NCBI GenBank assembly: GCA_965206685.1
Contig: OZ242223.1
Span: forward strand, 1,557,906-1,621,905
Direction: 5' to 3'
DNA from: Sediminibacterium sp.
GTDB lineage: Bacteria; Bacteroidota; Bacteroidia; Chitinophagales; Chitinophagaceae
DNA: 64,000 nucleotides
The notes under the pieces were generated by a model. The model saw only the letters and a list, made by a program, of their open reading frames with translations. It had not been told where the DNA came from and did no database searches. The position numbers and the translations under genes were made by a program. Of this stretch, positions 1-9,232 are shown one piece after another (the stretch's first letter is position 1; each line of letters starts with the position of its first letter).

Positions 1-2
1 TA

Positions 3-1178
3 TTTATCAGAAAATTTTCTGCCAACTCTAAACTGGTAGTTGATTATTATTTCTGGTTGTTCCCGTTAACTATGGGTTTACTTTTCTTTTCAGTACTTGA
101 AAGCTTTACCTGGGCTTTGGAGGAATCGGTTGTATCCAATTTTTTAAAGGAAACGGGTTTGAGAATTATTACAACCATTTTTATTCTGCTATACATTTTT
201 AAGATCATTTCGTATCACTCTTTTGTCATCCTTTTCTCTTCTTTATATTTTCTCATATTCGTAGTTCTGTTTCTTTATCTCTACCGAGCCGGGCATATTC
301 ATTTGACTTTTCAAATCAGCCGTGTAACACGTAAATACTTAAAGAAAATGACAAGTATGCAACTATTGGTTTTTGGAGGAACAGTATTTGCAGCCGTTGC
401 AGCTTCGATTGATTCTTTAATTATTGCTAGTTTAATAGGGTTGTCATCGGCGGGTATTTTCGGGTTTGCATTGTATGCGGCTAATTTGATACAGGTACCT
501 CAAAGAAGTATTACTTCCATATCAGCTGGCGTTCTATCGCGTGCATGGAAAGACAAAAATTATAAGGAGATAGATAGAATTTATTCACGTTCCTGTATCA
601 ACCTCTTGTTGATGGCGCTCTTTATATTCGGTAATCTTTGGCTTAATTTACTTCCTGCCATCAATGTATTTCATATTCAAAATGATTATAAGGCAGGTAT
701 CGGTGTTGTTTTTGTACTAAGTATGTTGCGTATAATTGATGCGGGTACAGGTTTGAATGCAATGGTAATCAATACCTCAACTTTCTGGCGTTTTGATTTT
801 TATAGCGGGTTGGTTTTGTTTGCATTCAGGCTCCCGTTAACCTATATTTTAATCAAAAAATTCGGCATTATCGGTTCTGCCTACGCAGAATTATTCGCAT
901 ACACCGTTTACAATATAATCCGCTGCGAATTTTTAAGAAGGAAATTTAATATGCAACCTTTCACCCCTAAAACCCTTTACTCTTTATTACTTGCACTGGC
1001 TGCTTACGGATTATGTTTTTTCGCTTTCCACAATATCAACGGTTTCTTCGGTTTGATTCTCCGCGGCTCAGTATTTTCCGCCGCAATGATTGCAGGCATT
1101 TTCTACTTTAACCTCACACCCGATGCCGGACAGTTATTAGAAACCGTAAAAAAGAGAATCACTAAATTCAGAAGTTAG
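3..1178 (+). CDS. Polysaccharide/oligosaccharide flippase-like membrane protein (MOP/Wzx type), 5' end cut by the window edge
   Basis: The reading frame is open back to base 3, and the listed TTG at 57 is probably not the true start. The protein is highly hydrophobic with many TM segments, typical of polysaccharide biosynthesis C-terminal domains. Confidence 0.5.
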   Translation, partial: FIRKFSANSKLVVDYYFWLFPLTMGLLFFSVLESFTWALEESVVSNFLKETGLRIITTIFILLYIFKIISYHSFVILFSSLYFLIFVVLFLYLYRAGHIHLTFQISRVTRKYLKKMTSMQLLVFGGTVFAAVAASIDSLIIASLIGLSSAGIFGFALYAANLIQVPQRSITSISAGVLSRAWKDKNYKEIDRIYSRSCINLLLMALFIFGNLWLNLLPAINVFHIQNDYKAGIGVVFVLSMLRIIDAGTGLNAMVINTSTFWRFDFYSGLVLFAFRLPLTYILIKKFGIIGSAYAELFAYTVYNIIRCEFLRRKFNMQPFTPKTLYSLLLALAAYGLCFFAFHNINGFFGLILRGSVFSAAMIAGIFYFNLTPDAGQLLETVKKRITKFRS

Positions 1179-1180
1179 AA

Positions 1181-1219
1181 GTTTGGAGTTTGGAGTTTGG
1201 AGTTTGGAGTTTGGAGTTT
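1181..1219. repeat. Tandem heptamer repeat (GTTTGGA) x about 5.5
   Basis: Direct reading: gtttggagtttggagtttggagtttggagtttggagttt, immediately after the flippase stop codon. Confidence 0.9.
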
Positions 1220-1276
1220 AATGTTCTAACGAATTTTAGTTACTCCAATTATTAATTTCTAATTTTTAATTATTAA

Positions 1277-1981
1277 TTACTTACCAATCCTCCCCGCCCC
1301 TCTAAATTTCGGCTGCCAATACTTATCATTCAAATCACTGATCATCACCCCACCACTTGTGGCGGCATGCACAAATTTGTTGTTGAGCAGATAAACCCCT
1401 ACATGTGAAATATCTTTTCCACCGGTATTGAAGAATACAAGATCACCTTCACGCAGATCTTCGAGTTCAATTTTTTCGCAGGCATTAAATTGTTCCTGAG
1501 AAGTTCTTGGCAGATTTTGCTGATACACATCTCTCAGTACGATCTGGGTAAAAGCCGAACAGTCAATACAGTTATCTGTAACACCACCCATACAATATCG
1601 GGTTCCCCACCATTTATCAATCACTTCCAATAAAGGGATATTGGTCAGCTTTTCAACGGTTGCATCGGTAGCAATGGCATATTTGATCTGTAACAGATTG
1701 GCCGTTTCAATATTACCCGCCATCATCGCATTATCAGCAGCATTCCTTTTCTCCTTTGTTACTTTCACTGCCGGCTCTGCAGGTTTGGTGGCGGTATTTG
1801 TTTTATGGTTACTGGTTACTACCATTCCGGGAGTAACTTCTATCCCATTCAAAAACTCACGTTTTACCGGCGTTCGGACTTTAGCAGGTGCTGAAGAAGA
1901 AGCAGCCAGATTCTTTGAAGAACGGCAGCTCGACAATGCCAGCAAACCCAGTATCAATATCGATAGTACACGAATTTTCAT
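1277..1981 (-). CDS. NlpC/P60 (C40) family cell-wall peptidase lipoprotein
   Basis: Lipoprotein-type signal (LLALSSC). C-terminal domain with the Cys motif CIDCSAFTQ and GDLVFF..ISHVGVYL, typical of NlpC/P60. Confidence 0.85.
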   Translation of the reverse strand: MKIRVLSILILGLLALSSCRSSKNLAASSSAPAKVRTPVKREFLNGIEVTPGMVVTSNHKTNTATKPAEPAVKVTKEKRNAADNAMMAGNIETANLLQIKYAIATDATVEKLTNIPLLEVIDKWWGTRYCMGGVTDNCIDCSAFTQIVLRDVYQQNLPRTSQEQFNACEKIELEDLREGDLVFFNTGGKDISHVGVYLLNNKFVHAATSGGVMISDLNDKYWQPKFRGAGRIGK

Positions 1982-2080
1982 AATAGCGTAATCCGCAAGT
2001 TAAGGCTCAGGGCATTTCAGTTGAATGTGTTGAATAACTTTTATGCATTTGAGTCCTGATTTTTGCAATGTGGATAACTA

Positions 2081-2221
2081 AGAAGTCTGGAGTTAGGAGT
2101 TTGGAGTGAGGAGTTGTGGAAAACTGCCGCTTTTTTACCGTCCGTTTAATAACGATATTTGAAGTTGGTTTGAAGGACGTTGAAGGGAGAATTAATTCCA
2201 AACTCCTAACTCCAGACTTCT
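2081..2221. repeat. Perfect 24-bp inverted repeat (arms 2081-2104 and 2198-2221, about 93-bp spacer) in the nlpC-dnaE divergent region
   Basis: agaagtctggagttaggagtttgg is the exact reverse complement of ccaaactcctaactccagacttct. It uses the same word family as the 1181-1219 heptamer. Confidence 0.9.
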
Positions 2222-2242
2222 AACTCCAAACTCCAAACCCGC

Positions 2243-5200
2243 ATGTCGAAATTCTCACACTTACACGTTCATACACAATATTCACTGCTGGACGGCGCCG
2301 CCCCCATCGATTCTTTGTATAAGAAAGCGATGAAGGATAATATGCCCGCTCTCGCCATCACCGATCACGGTAATATGTTCGGGGCTTTCAATTTTGTGAG
2401 TCAGGCATGGAAGAATACCAAAGTGGTGGGAAAAGATGCCAACGGAAAAGATATTACTGAACCCGTTGTAAAACCGATCGTGGGCTGCGAGTTTTATGTG
2501 GTGCGCGACCGACATGCAAAATCCTTTACCAAAGATGTAAAAGACAACCGCTATCACCAGGTTTTATTGGCAAAGAACGCAGTAGGATATCAGAATCTGG
2601 TTAAACTGACTTCGTTGGGTTTTATTGAAGGTATGTACAGCAAGTATCCACGTATTGATAAAGAACTGATCGAGAAATATCATGAGGGATTGATTGCAAC
2701 CACCTGTTGTATCGGTGCGTATGTGCCACAAACCATTTTGCATGATGGTGAAGAAAAAGCCGAGATAGAATTCAAATGGTGGCTGGATATGTTTGGAGAA
2801 GATTATTATATCGAGATCCAGCGGCATAATATTAAAGAACAGGAACTCATCAACAATACACTGATGAAGTTCTCTAAAAAATATAATGTACCGGTGATTG
2901 CCACCAACGATAGCCATTACGTTGATAAATCGGATGCCAACGCACACGATATTTTACTTTGTATCAATACCGGTGAAAAACAAAGCACACCGGGGTTTGA
3001 TGATTTTGTAAATGATGAGATCCAGGTTAAGAACCGTCGTTTTAAATTTCCCAACGAGCAGTTTTATTTTAAGACTACGGAAGAAATGGGACAACTGTTC
3101 AGCGATATTCCTGAATCGCTGGATAATACCAATGCCATCGTTGATAAAGTGGAGATCCTGAATCTGAAAAAAGATATTCTCCTCCCCGCCTTCCCTATCC
3201 CGCAGGAATTTAAAGTGCACAAAGATGATAATCTGAACCAATGGGAGTTTCTGCAGCATTTAACCAGACAGGGAGCCAAAGAACGATACAATGATCTCAC
3301 ACCTGAAATACAGGAGCGCATCGACTTCGAATTGTTTACCATCAAGACGATGGGTTTTGCCGGATACTTTTTGATTGTGAGTGATTTTATTAAAGCGGGG
3401 CGTGATATGGGCGTATTTGTTGGCCCGGGCCGTGGTTCGGCTGCAGGAAGTGTGGTAGCATTCTGTATCGGCATCACCAATATCGATCCGATTAAATACA
3501 ATTTACTGTTCGAGCGTTTCCTTAATCCGGATCGTAAGAGCATGCCCGATATTGATACGGACTTCGATGATGAGGGCCGTCAAAAAGTAATTGATTATGT
3601 AGTTGATAAATATGGCAAGAACCAGGTAGCACAGATCATTACCTATGGTACAATGGCTGCCAAAATGAGTATCAAAGATGTGGCGCGTGTATTGGATCTG
3701 CCATTGGCAGAAAGCAATATGCTTGCCAAATTGGTGCCCGATAAACCGGGTACAGAATTGCGTCGTGTATTACATGCACCGCTTACGATCAAAGAAGGAG
3801 AAAAATCACTAGAAGAAAAAGAAGCCTATCAGCAGGAAGATATTGATAACGTAAAAAAGATCCGCGAGATCTATAATGGTAACGATATCCGTGCACAGGT
3901 TTTACATGAAGCAGAAAGGCTGGAAGGCTCTGTTCGTAATACCGGTATTCACGCAGCAGGTATCATCATTGCCCCGCGTGATCTGACGGATCTTTTGCCT
4001 GTAGCCACTTCCAAAGACTCTGATCTTTGGGTAACACAAATTGAAGGATCTGTAATTGAAGATGCCGGTGTAATTAAAATGGACTTTTTGGGTTTGAAAA
4101 CCCTTTCCATTTTGAAGACGGCTTTGCAGCTCATTAAACAAAATCATGGCGTTACCATTGATCTGGATAACATTGCTTTAGATGATGAGAAAACATTTCA
4201 ACTCTATCAGAAAGGCGAAACCAATGCAACGTTCCAGTTTGAAAGTGTGGGTATGCAAAAATACCTGCGCGAACTAAAACCCGATAAGTTTGATGAACTG
4301 ATCGCGATGAACGCCTTGTACCGCCCCGGCCCTATCGCCTATATCCCAAAATTCATCGATCGTAAATGGGGTCGCGAACCGGTAAGTTTTGATGTGCCGG
4401 ATATGGAAGAATATCTCGGCGACACATACGGTATCACGGTTTATCAGGAACAGGTAATGTTGCTTAGCCAGAAACTGGCGGGCTTTACCAAAGGCGATGC
4501 GGATGTACTCCGTAAAGCCATGGGTAAAAAACAGAAATCAGTTCTGGACAAAATGAAATCGCAGTTTGTTACCGGTGCCGCTGCCAAAGGCCATCCTGCT
4601 GATAAATTAGAAAAGATCTGGACCGACTGGGAAGCGTTTGCACAATACGCATTCAATAAATCACACTCTACCTGTTATGCTTTAGTAGCCTATCAAACTG
4701 CTTACCTGAAAGCTCATTATCCGGGAGAATATATGTCGGCCGTACTAAACCATGCAGGTGCCATTGAAAAGATCACCTTCTTTATGGAAGAGTGTAAACG
4801 TATGGGTATTAAAGTACTTGGACCGGATATTAATGAATCGCTTAAAGGGTTTGCTGTAAATAAAAAAGGTGAGATCCGTTTTGGTTTGGGTGGATTAAAA
4901 GGTGTGGGTGATGCAGCCGTTGATAATATTATCGCAGAAAGAGAAAAGAACGGATGGTATACCGATATGTTTGATTTTATCAAACGGGTATTGCAAAAGA
5001 ACGTAAATAAAAAATCATTGGAAAGTCTTGCGTATTCGGGTGCGTTCGATTGTTTTACGGCTTACCATCGTGCTCAGTATTTCCATATTCCGGATGGAGA
5101 AAGAATGACTGGGTTGGAACGCATTATCAATTATGGTCAGGCAAACCAAACCGCCAGCATGAGTTCGGCTAATACTTTGTTTGGTGACCTTACCTCGGCC

Positions 5201-5917
5201 ATGCAGGTACAGATGCCTAAAATGCCCAACTGCGAACAGTGGACATTAACCGAATTACTGGATCATGAAAAAGATGTAACCGGCATGTTCATGAGCGGCC
5301 ATCCGCTGGATCATTTCAAATTTGAATTGAAATATTACGGTATTACCAAGATCAACGATTTTAATGAGATCAAAGAAACGCTTCACCTGCAACCCAATCC
5401 CGGCAAAGGTTTGCGCGTAGCGGGTTTGGTGATTGATGTGCAACACCGATTAACAAAAACCGGAAAGAATTTCGGTTCCTTTGTGATCGAAGATTTTACG
5501 GGTAAAACAGAATTTCTTTTGTGGAGTGAAGATTATATCAAGTTTCAAAACTATCTCGAAAAAGGAACGAATATTTTACTCAACGGTTTCTTTCGTCCAA
5601 GATATAACCGACCAAATGAATTTGATTTCAAGATCAATGTGATGTCGTTATTGGAAACCGTAAAACAAACTTTAACACGAAGTATCGATATCAATATTCA
5701 TCCTGCTTCTGTAACGCCCGACTTTGTAAATTTTGTAGATAAGAACGTACGCAATTTCCCCGGTAAATCATCCTTACGTTTCAATATCTACGAACCAAAA
5801 GATAATCTGAAAGTAAGCCTGATCTCATTCGAAAAAGGTTTTCAGATGAACGAAGAAATGGCCGATTTTTTAATGGATAATCCGGATGTGGATGTGCATG
5901 TGGGGTTGGTGGGATAA
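2243..5917 (+). CDS. dnaE: DNA polymerase III alpha subunit
   Basis: 1224 aa. N-terminal PHP domain HLHVHTQYSLLDGA, polymerase core motifs (PDIDTDF, GLLKMDFLGL), C-terminal OB region. Confidence 0.97.
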   Translation: MSKFSHLHVHTQYSLLDGAAPIDSLYKKAMKDNMPALAITDHGNMFGAFNFVSQAWKNTKVVGKDANGKDITEPVVKPIVGCEFYVVRDRHAKSFTKDVKDNRYHQVLLAKNAVGYQNLVKLTSLGFIEGMYSKYPRIDKELIEKYHEGLIATTCCIGAYVPQTILHDGEEKAEIEFKWWLDMFGEDYYIEIQRHNIKEQELINNTLMKFSKKYNVPVIATNDSHYVDKSDANAHDILLCINTGEKQSTPGFDDFVNDEIQVKNRRFKFPNEQFYFKTTEEMGQLFSDIPESLDNTNAIVDKVEILNLKKDILLPAFPIPQEFKVHKDDNLNQWEFLQHLTRQGAKERYNDLTPEIQERIDFELFTIKTMGFAGYFLIVSDFIKAGRDMGVFVGPGRGSAAGSVVAFCIGITNIDPIKYNLLFERFLNPDRKSMPDIDTDFDDEGRQKVIDYVVDKYGKNQVAQIITYGTMAAKMSIKDVARVLDLPLAESNMLAKLVPDKPGTELRRVLHAPLTIKEGEKSLEEKEAYQQEDIDNVKKIREIYNGNDIRAQVLHEAERLEGSVRNTGIHAAGIIIAPRDLTDLLPVATSKDSDLWVTQIEGSVIEDAGVIKMDFLGLKTLSILKTALQLIKQNHGVTIDLDNIALDDEKTFQLYQKGETNATFQFESVGMQKYLRELKPDKFDELIAMNALYRPGPIAYIPKFIDRKWGREPVSFDVPDMEEYLGDTYGITVYQEQVMLLSQKLAGFTKGDADVLRKAMGKKQKSVLDKMKSQFVTGAAAKGHPADKLEKIWTDWEAFAQYAFNKSHSTCYALVAYQTAYLKAHYPGEYMSAVLNHAGAIEKITFFMEECKRMGIKVLGPDINESLKGFAVNKKGEIRFGLGGLKGVGDAAVDNIIAEREKNGWYTDMFDFIKRVLQKNVNKKSLESLAYSGAFDCFTAYHRAQYFHIPDGERMTGLERIINYGQANQTASMSSANTLFGDLTSAMQVQMPKMPNCEQWTLTELLDHEKDVTGMFMSGHPLDHFKFELKYYGITKINDFNEIKETLHLQPNPGKGLRVAGLVIDVQHRLTKTGKNFGSFVIEDFTGKTEFLLWSEDYIKFQNYLEKGTNILLNGFFRPRYNRPNEFDFKINVMSLLETVKQTLTRSIDINIHPASVTPDFVNFVDKNVRNFPGKSSLRFNIYEPKDNLKVSLISFEKGFQMNEEMADFLMDNPDVDVHVGLVG

Positions 5918-5920
5918 ATT

Positions 5921-5990
5921 GTGAGTAGTGAGTAGTCAGTGATGAGTATTAAAAATGATACGCCCACTCTCCACTGACTACTCACCACTC
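5921..5990. terminator. Word-repeat hairpin between convergent dnaE and sod (candidate bidirectional terminator)
   Basis: gtgagtagtgagtagtcagtgatgagt pairs with actctccactgactactcaccactc. Confidence 0.55.
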
Positions 5991-6002
5991 GCCTCTCACC
6001 TC

Positions 6003-6725
6003 TCACGAAAGCTTTGTTGCCACATTCAACCGCTCCGCCACATTATCCCAATTAATAATATTCATCATCGCATCTACAAAATCGCTGCGTTTGTTTTTGT
6101 ATTTGAGATAGTAAGAATGTTCCCAAACATCAATCACCAATAAAGGTATCACCCCCCATTGTGTTAGCTTCTCATGATTCTCGCATTGCATGATACTCAG
6201 TTTATCAGAATAAGGCTGATAACCCAAAATTCCCCAACCATTTCCATCAACATCTTTTGAGGTTTTGGAGATATAACTTTTGAGTTTATCATAACTGCCA
6301 AAATCTTTTTCAATTCTTTTCAGCAGATCACCAGAAGGTTCAGTTTTTTTACTGGTAAGATTTGTCCAGAAGATCGTATGCAATACATGCGATGAAAAAT
6401 GATAACTGAGTTTTTTTGTCCAGTAGTCCACTGTTTCAAGATTATTTTCATCCATGGCTTTGCGGATCATTTGCAGATCCTTATTCGCCGCCTTCACCGC
6501 ACCTCCATGATGAAAGGTATGATGCAGATATACCGTTTCCTCATCCATATAAGGCTCCAGAAAATTTTTATTATAAGGCAAAGCCAGATGCTGAAAGTTT
6601 CCGGTAGCATCTGTTAATTTATCCAGTCCATTGGCTTCATAATTCTGCGCCACTACTGATTGATTGGGCAAAATAGTGGAGGCTGAAAGAATTGCAGAGG
6701 CTGATAAGAATTGTTTGCGGTTCAT
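6003..6725 (-). CDS. Fe/Mn-family superoxide dismutase with N-terminal export signal
   Basis: LHHTFHHGGAV and DVWEHSYYLKYKNKR metal-ligand motifs. The N-terminus MNRKQFLSASAILSAS looks like a signal peptide. Confidence 0.9.
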   Translation of the reverse strand: MNRKQFLSASAILSASTILPNQSVVAQNYEANGLDKLTDATGNFQHLALPYNKNFLEPYMDEETVYLHHTFHHGGAVKAANKDLQMIRKAMDENNLETVDYWTKKLSYHFSSHVLHTIFWTNLTSKKTEPSGDLLKRIEKDFGSYDKLKSYISKTSKDVDGNGWGILGYQPYSDKLSIMQCENHEKLTQWGVIPLLVIDVWEHSYYLKYKNKRSDFVDAMMNIINWDNVAERLNVATKLS

Positions 6726-6987
6726 ATAGGAATATTTTTTTCGTCAGAAAGTTAGCTTTAAATCAGTTATCAGACAATTACTGCCGGTTAAATTACCCTT
6801 TTATGACGCTTGGGCGGATAATCAGCATTTTTTGTAAAATTCCGCCCCTTTGTCAGGTTTCTCCTGTTGCAACGTCATTAATAACAGTGGTGGAAAAGTC
6901 AAATCAGCACAAATCAGTGTTTGGATTTATATTTGACATCCTTCCTGTAACAATCGAAAAAATTATAACAATTTAAATCTTAGAAAA

Positions 6988-7305
6988 ATGGCTTTAGAAT
7001 TTACAGACGCAAACTTCCAGACAACCGTTCTGGATAGCGATAAACTGACAGTGGTTGACTTTTGGGCAGAGTGGTGTGGCCCTTGCCGCGCAATCGGACC
7101 GGTTATTGAAGAACTGGCCAAAGAATATGATGGCAAAGTGAATGTAGGAAAGGTAAACGTAGATGTAAACCCGAATACAAGTACGAATTATGGTATTACT
7201 TCTATCCCTGCCATCCTTTTTATTAAAGGTGGTAAAGTGGTAGATAAACAAATTGGTGCGGTACCTAAATCTGTATTGGATAAAAAGATCCAGTCACATA
7301 TTTAA
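6988..7305 (+). CDS. trxA: Thioredoxin
   Basis: 105 aa with the WCGPC active site. Confidence 0.93.
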   Translation: MALEFTDANFQTTVLDSDKLTVVDFWAEWCGPCRAIGPVIEELAKEYDGKVNVGKVNVDVNPNTSTNYGITSIPAILFIKGGKVVDKQIGAVPKSVLDKKIQSHI

Positions 7306-7325
7306 TTGCATTTGCAATCATTTGA

Positions 7326-7356
7326 AAAAGGAGCTTATTGTTAAGCTCTTTTTTTA
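7326..7356 (+). terminator. Rho-independent terminator after trxA
   Basis: Stem gagctta/taagctc followed by a T-run. Confidence 0.6.
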
Positions 7357-7365
7357 TGCCCCTAA

Positions 7366-7543
7366 CCACCCCGCCCATCGATCGGTCGCTTGGCACCCCT
7401 CCTAGCTGCGCCGTGAGGGGATATTTTTATATGATTACTTGTACTTTCAAATAAACTTTGTTTGCATAAGTAACCAAAGCAAAAAAATCCCCGCCCCTCC
7501 GGGGAGGTGTGCCCAAGCGGCCAAGCGATGGGCGGGGTGGGGA
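7366..7543. repeat. Two inverted copies of a GC-rich repeat of about 58 bp (7366-7424 and 7487-7543)
   Basis: ccaccccgcccatcg..cttggcacccctcc.. and its reverse complement. A third copy lies at 17057-17116. Confidence 0.75.
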
Positions 7544-7655
7544 CAGCTTTTCTTTACTCTAAATTCCCTGCTTATTATTCAATATTCCCAAAGAGGCGGA
7601 AGTTATTTTTTCATTATCTTCCGAAATCGTTTTTACTAACCAAACCCCCTCTGTT

Positions 7656-8897
7656 ATGAGCATTAAGACCCGCCTATTGTTGATGAACTTTCTGGAATTC
7701 TTTGTGTGGGGGTCATGGTTGATCTCCTTGGGTGGATATATGATCGTTACGCTGCATTTTTCAGGTGGCGAAGTGGGTGCGGTTTATGCAACAATGGGTA
7801 TTGCCTCACTGTTTATGCCTGCATTAATGGGCATTATAGCCGATCGTTGGGTAAATGCTGAAAAAGTATTAGGCGGCCTGCATGTAATTGGCGCTGTTTT
7901 GTTGATCTGGGCGTCTACAGTTACAGATTATCGAATGTTTTATCTGATCATGTTGTTTAATTCCATGGCATTTATGCCCACCATCGCTTTAAACAATACA
8001 GTTTCTTATATCATTCTAGAAAAGAAAGGTTTTGATATCGTTAAAGACTTCCCCCCCATTCGCGTATGGGGTACTATTGGTTTTATTGTAGCAATGTGGA
8101 TGGTGGATTTTCTGGGCTGGACAAAAAGTCCCATGCAATTATATGTGAGCGCAGGCTCGGGTTTATTACTCGGATTGTATGCCTTTACCATGCCTGCCTG
8201 CACACGTGTAAAAATTGAAGGAACCAGAAGTTTTATCTCTGCACTGGGTTTAGATGCGTTTGTACTTTTCAAAAGAAAGAAGATGATCATTTTCTTTTTG
8301 TTTGCGATGTTATTGGGAGCTTCTTTACAGATCACCAATGCATTCGGATCACCCTTTCTCGATGATTTCAAAAATCTGTACCCGGATTCATTTGGGGTAA
8401 AACATCCAAACCTGCTCATTTCTTTTTCGCAGATTTCAGAAACGCTGTTTATTCTTACGATTCCTTTCTTCCTCAAACGATTTGGGATCAAGAACGTGAT
8501 GCTCTTAAGCATTTTCGCCTGGGTATTCCGTTTCGGCCTGTTTGCCATTGGTAATCCCGGGCCGGGTTTATACCTGCTGGTACTTTCTATGATCATTTAT
8601 GGTATGGCTTTCGATTTTTTCAATATTTCAGGTTCTTTGTTTGTAGAGAAAGAGGCTGATATTAAGATCAGGGCCAGTGCACAGGGTTTGTTTATGCTCA
8701 TGACAAATGGTATCGGCGCTTATTTGGGCGGAACCATCAGCGGCTGGGTAGTAGATTACTTTACGGTTGATGGCGTGAAAAACTGGCCAAATATCTGGTT
8801 CAGCTTTGCAGGATATGCACTGGTATTGGGTATTGTGTTTCCAATGGTGTTCAGGTATAAGCACGATAGGGCGGCGATGGAGGCAGTAAAGCACTAA
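7656..8897 (+). CDS. Nucleoside:H+ symporter family permease (NupG/XapB-like MFS)
   Basis: 413 aa, about 12 TM segments. N-terminus RLLLMNFLEFFVWGSWL is typical of the Nuc_H_symport family. Confidence 0.75.
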   Translation: MSIKTRLLLMNFLEFFVWGSWLISLGGYMIVTLHFSGGEVGAVYATMGIASLFMPALMGIIADRWVNAEKVLGGLHVIGAVLLIWASTVTDYRMFYLIMLFNSMAFMPTIALNNTVSYIILEKKGFDIVKDFPPIRVWGTIGFIVAMWMVDFLGWTKSPMQLYVSAGSGLLLGLYAFTMPACTRVKIEGTRSFISALGLDAFVLFKRKKMIIFFLFAMLLGASLQITNAFGSPFLDDFKNLYPDSFGVKHPNLLISFSQISETLFILTIPFFLKRFGIKNVMLLSIFAWVFRFGLFAIGNPGPGLYLLVLSMIIYGMAFDFFNISGSLFVEKEADIKIRASAQGLFMLMTNGIGAYLGGTISGWVVDYFTVDGVKNWPNIWFSFAGYALVLGIVFPMVFRYKHDRAAMEAVKH

Positions 8898-9017
8898 TTA
8901 ATAATTAAAAATTAGAAATTAATAATTAAGGCCGCAGATTCGCAGATTTTAGCCGTTGTTGGTCTTATGACCAACAATATGAGCGATCACAAAACATTAT
9001 TAGAATTAATAACTAAG

Positions 9018-9064
9018 GCCGCAGATTCGCAGATGGTTCTATAATCTGCGAATCTGCGGCTTTT
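9018..9064 (+). terminator. Hairpin plus T-run downstream of the nucleoside permease
   Basis: gccgcagattcgcagat / atctgcgaatctgcggc, followed by tttt. Confidence 0.65.
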
Positions 9065-9232
9065 ACCGCTCGCGCCGTTGTTGGTCGCCGTTGTTGGTCT
9101 TATGACCAACAACATACGATTTGGCCTACAAAATGAGATATGACCAACATCATGCGATTATTTTACCCTAAATGATAATTACTAACTACTAATTACCAAT
9201 TACTAATTAATTTTGCAGTCAAATTCGTGTGT

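Noticed and set aside
2007-2201. 64-aa ORF in the nlpC-dnaE spacer
   Set aside because: It spans the inverted-repeat element, and its sequence is dictated by the repeat words. There is no independent support for it.
5955-6143. 62-aa ORF overlapping the dnaE-sod hairpin and the sod 3' end
   Set aside because: It overlaps the well-supported sod CDS on the opposite strand and the terminator hairpin.
7439-7639. 66-aa ORF between trxA and the permease
   Set aside because: It reads through the GC-rich repeat copy (translated as PAPPGRCAQAAKRWAGWG). It is an artefact of the repeat.
8006-8596. 196-aa ORF antisense to the nucleoside permease
   Set aside because: It lies entirely within the permease CDS, and its basic, low-complexity translation has no motif.
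8897-9226. Possible CRISPR array, because of the repeated short units
   Set aside because: The repeats are not regularly spaced direct repeats of 24-48 bp separated by unique spacers. They are mixed inverted words of several families, and no cas genes are present.
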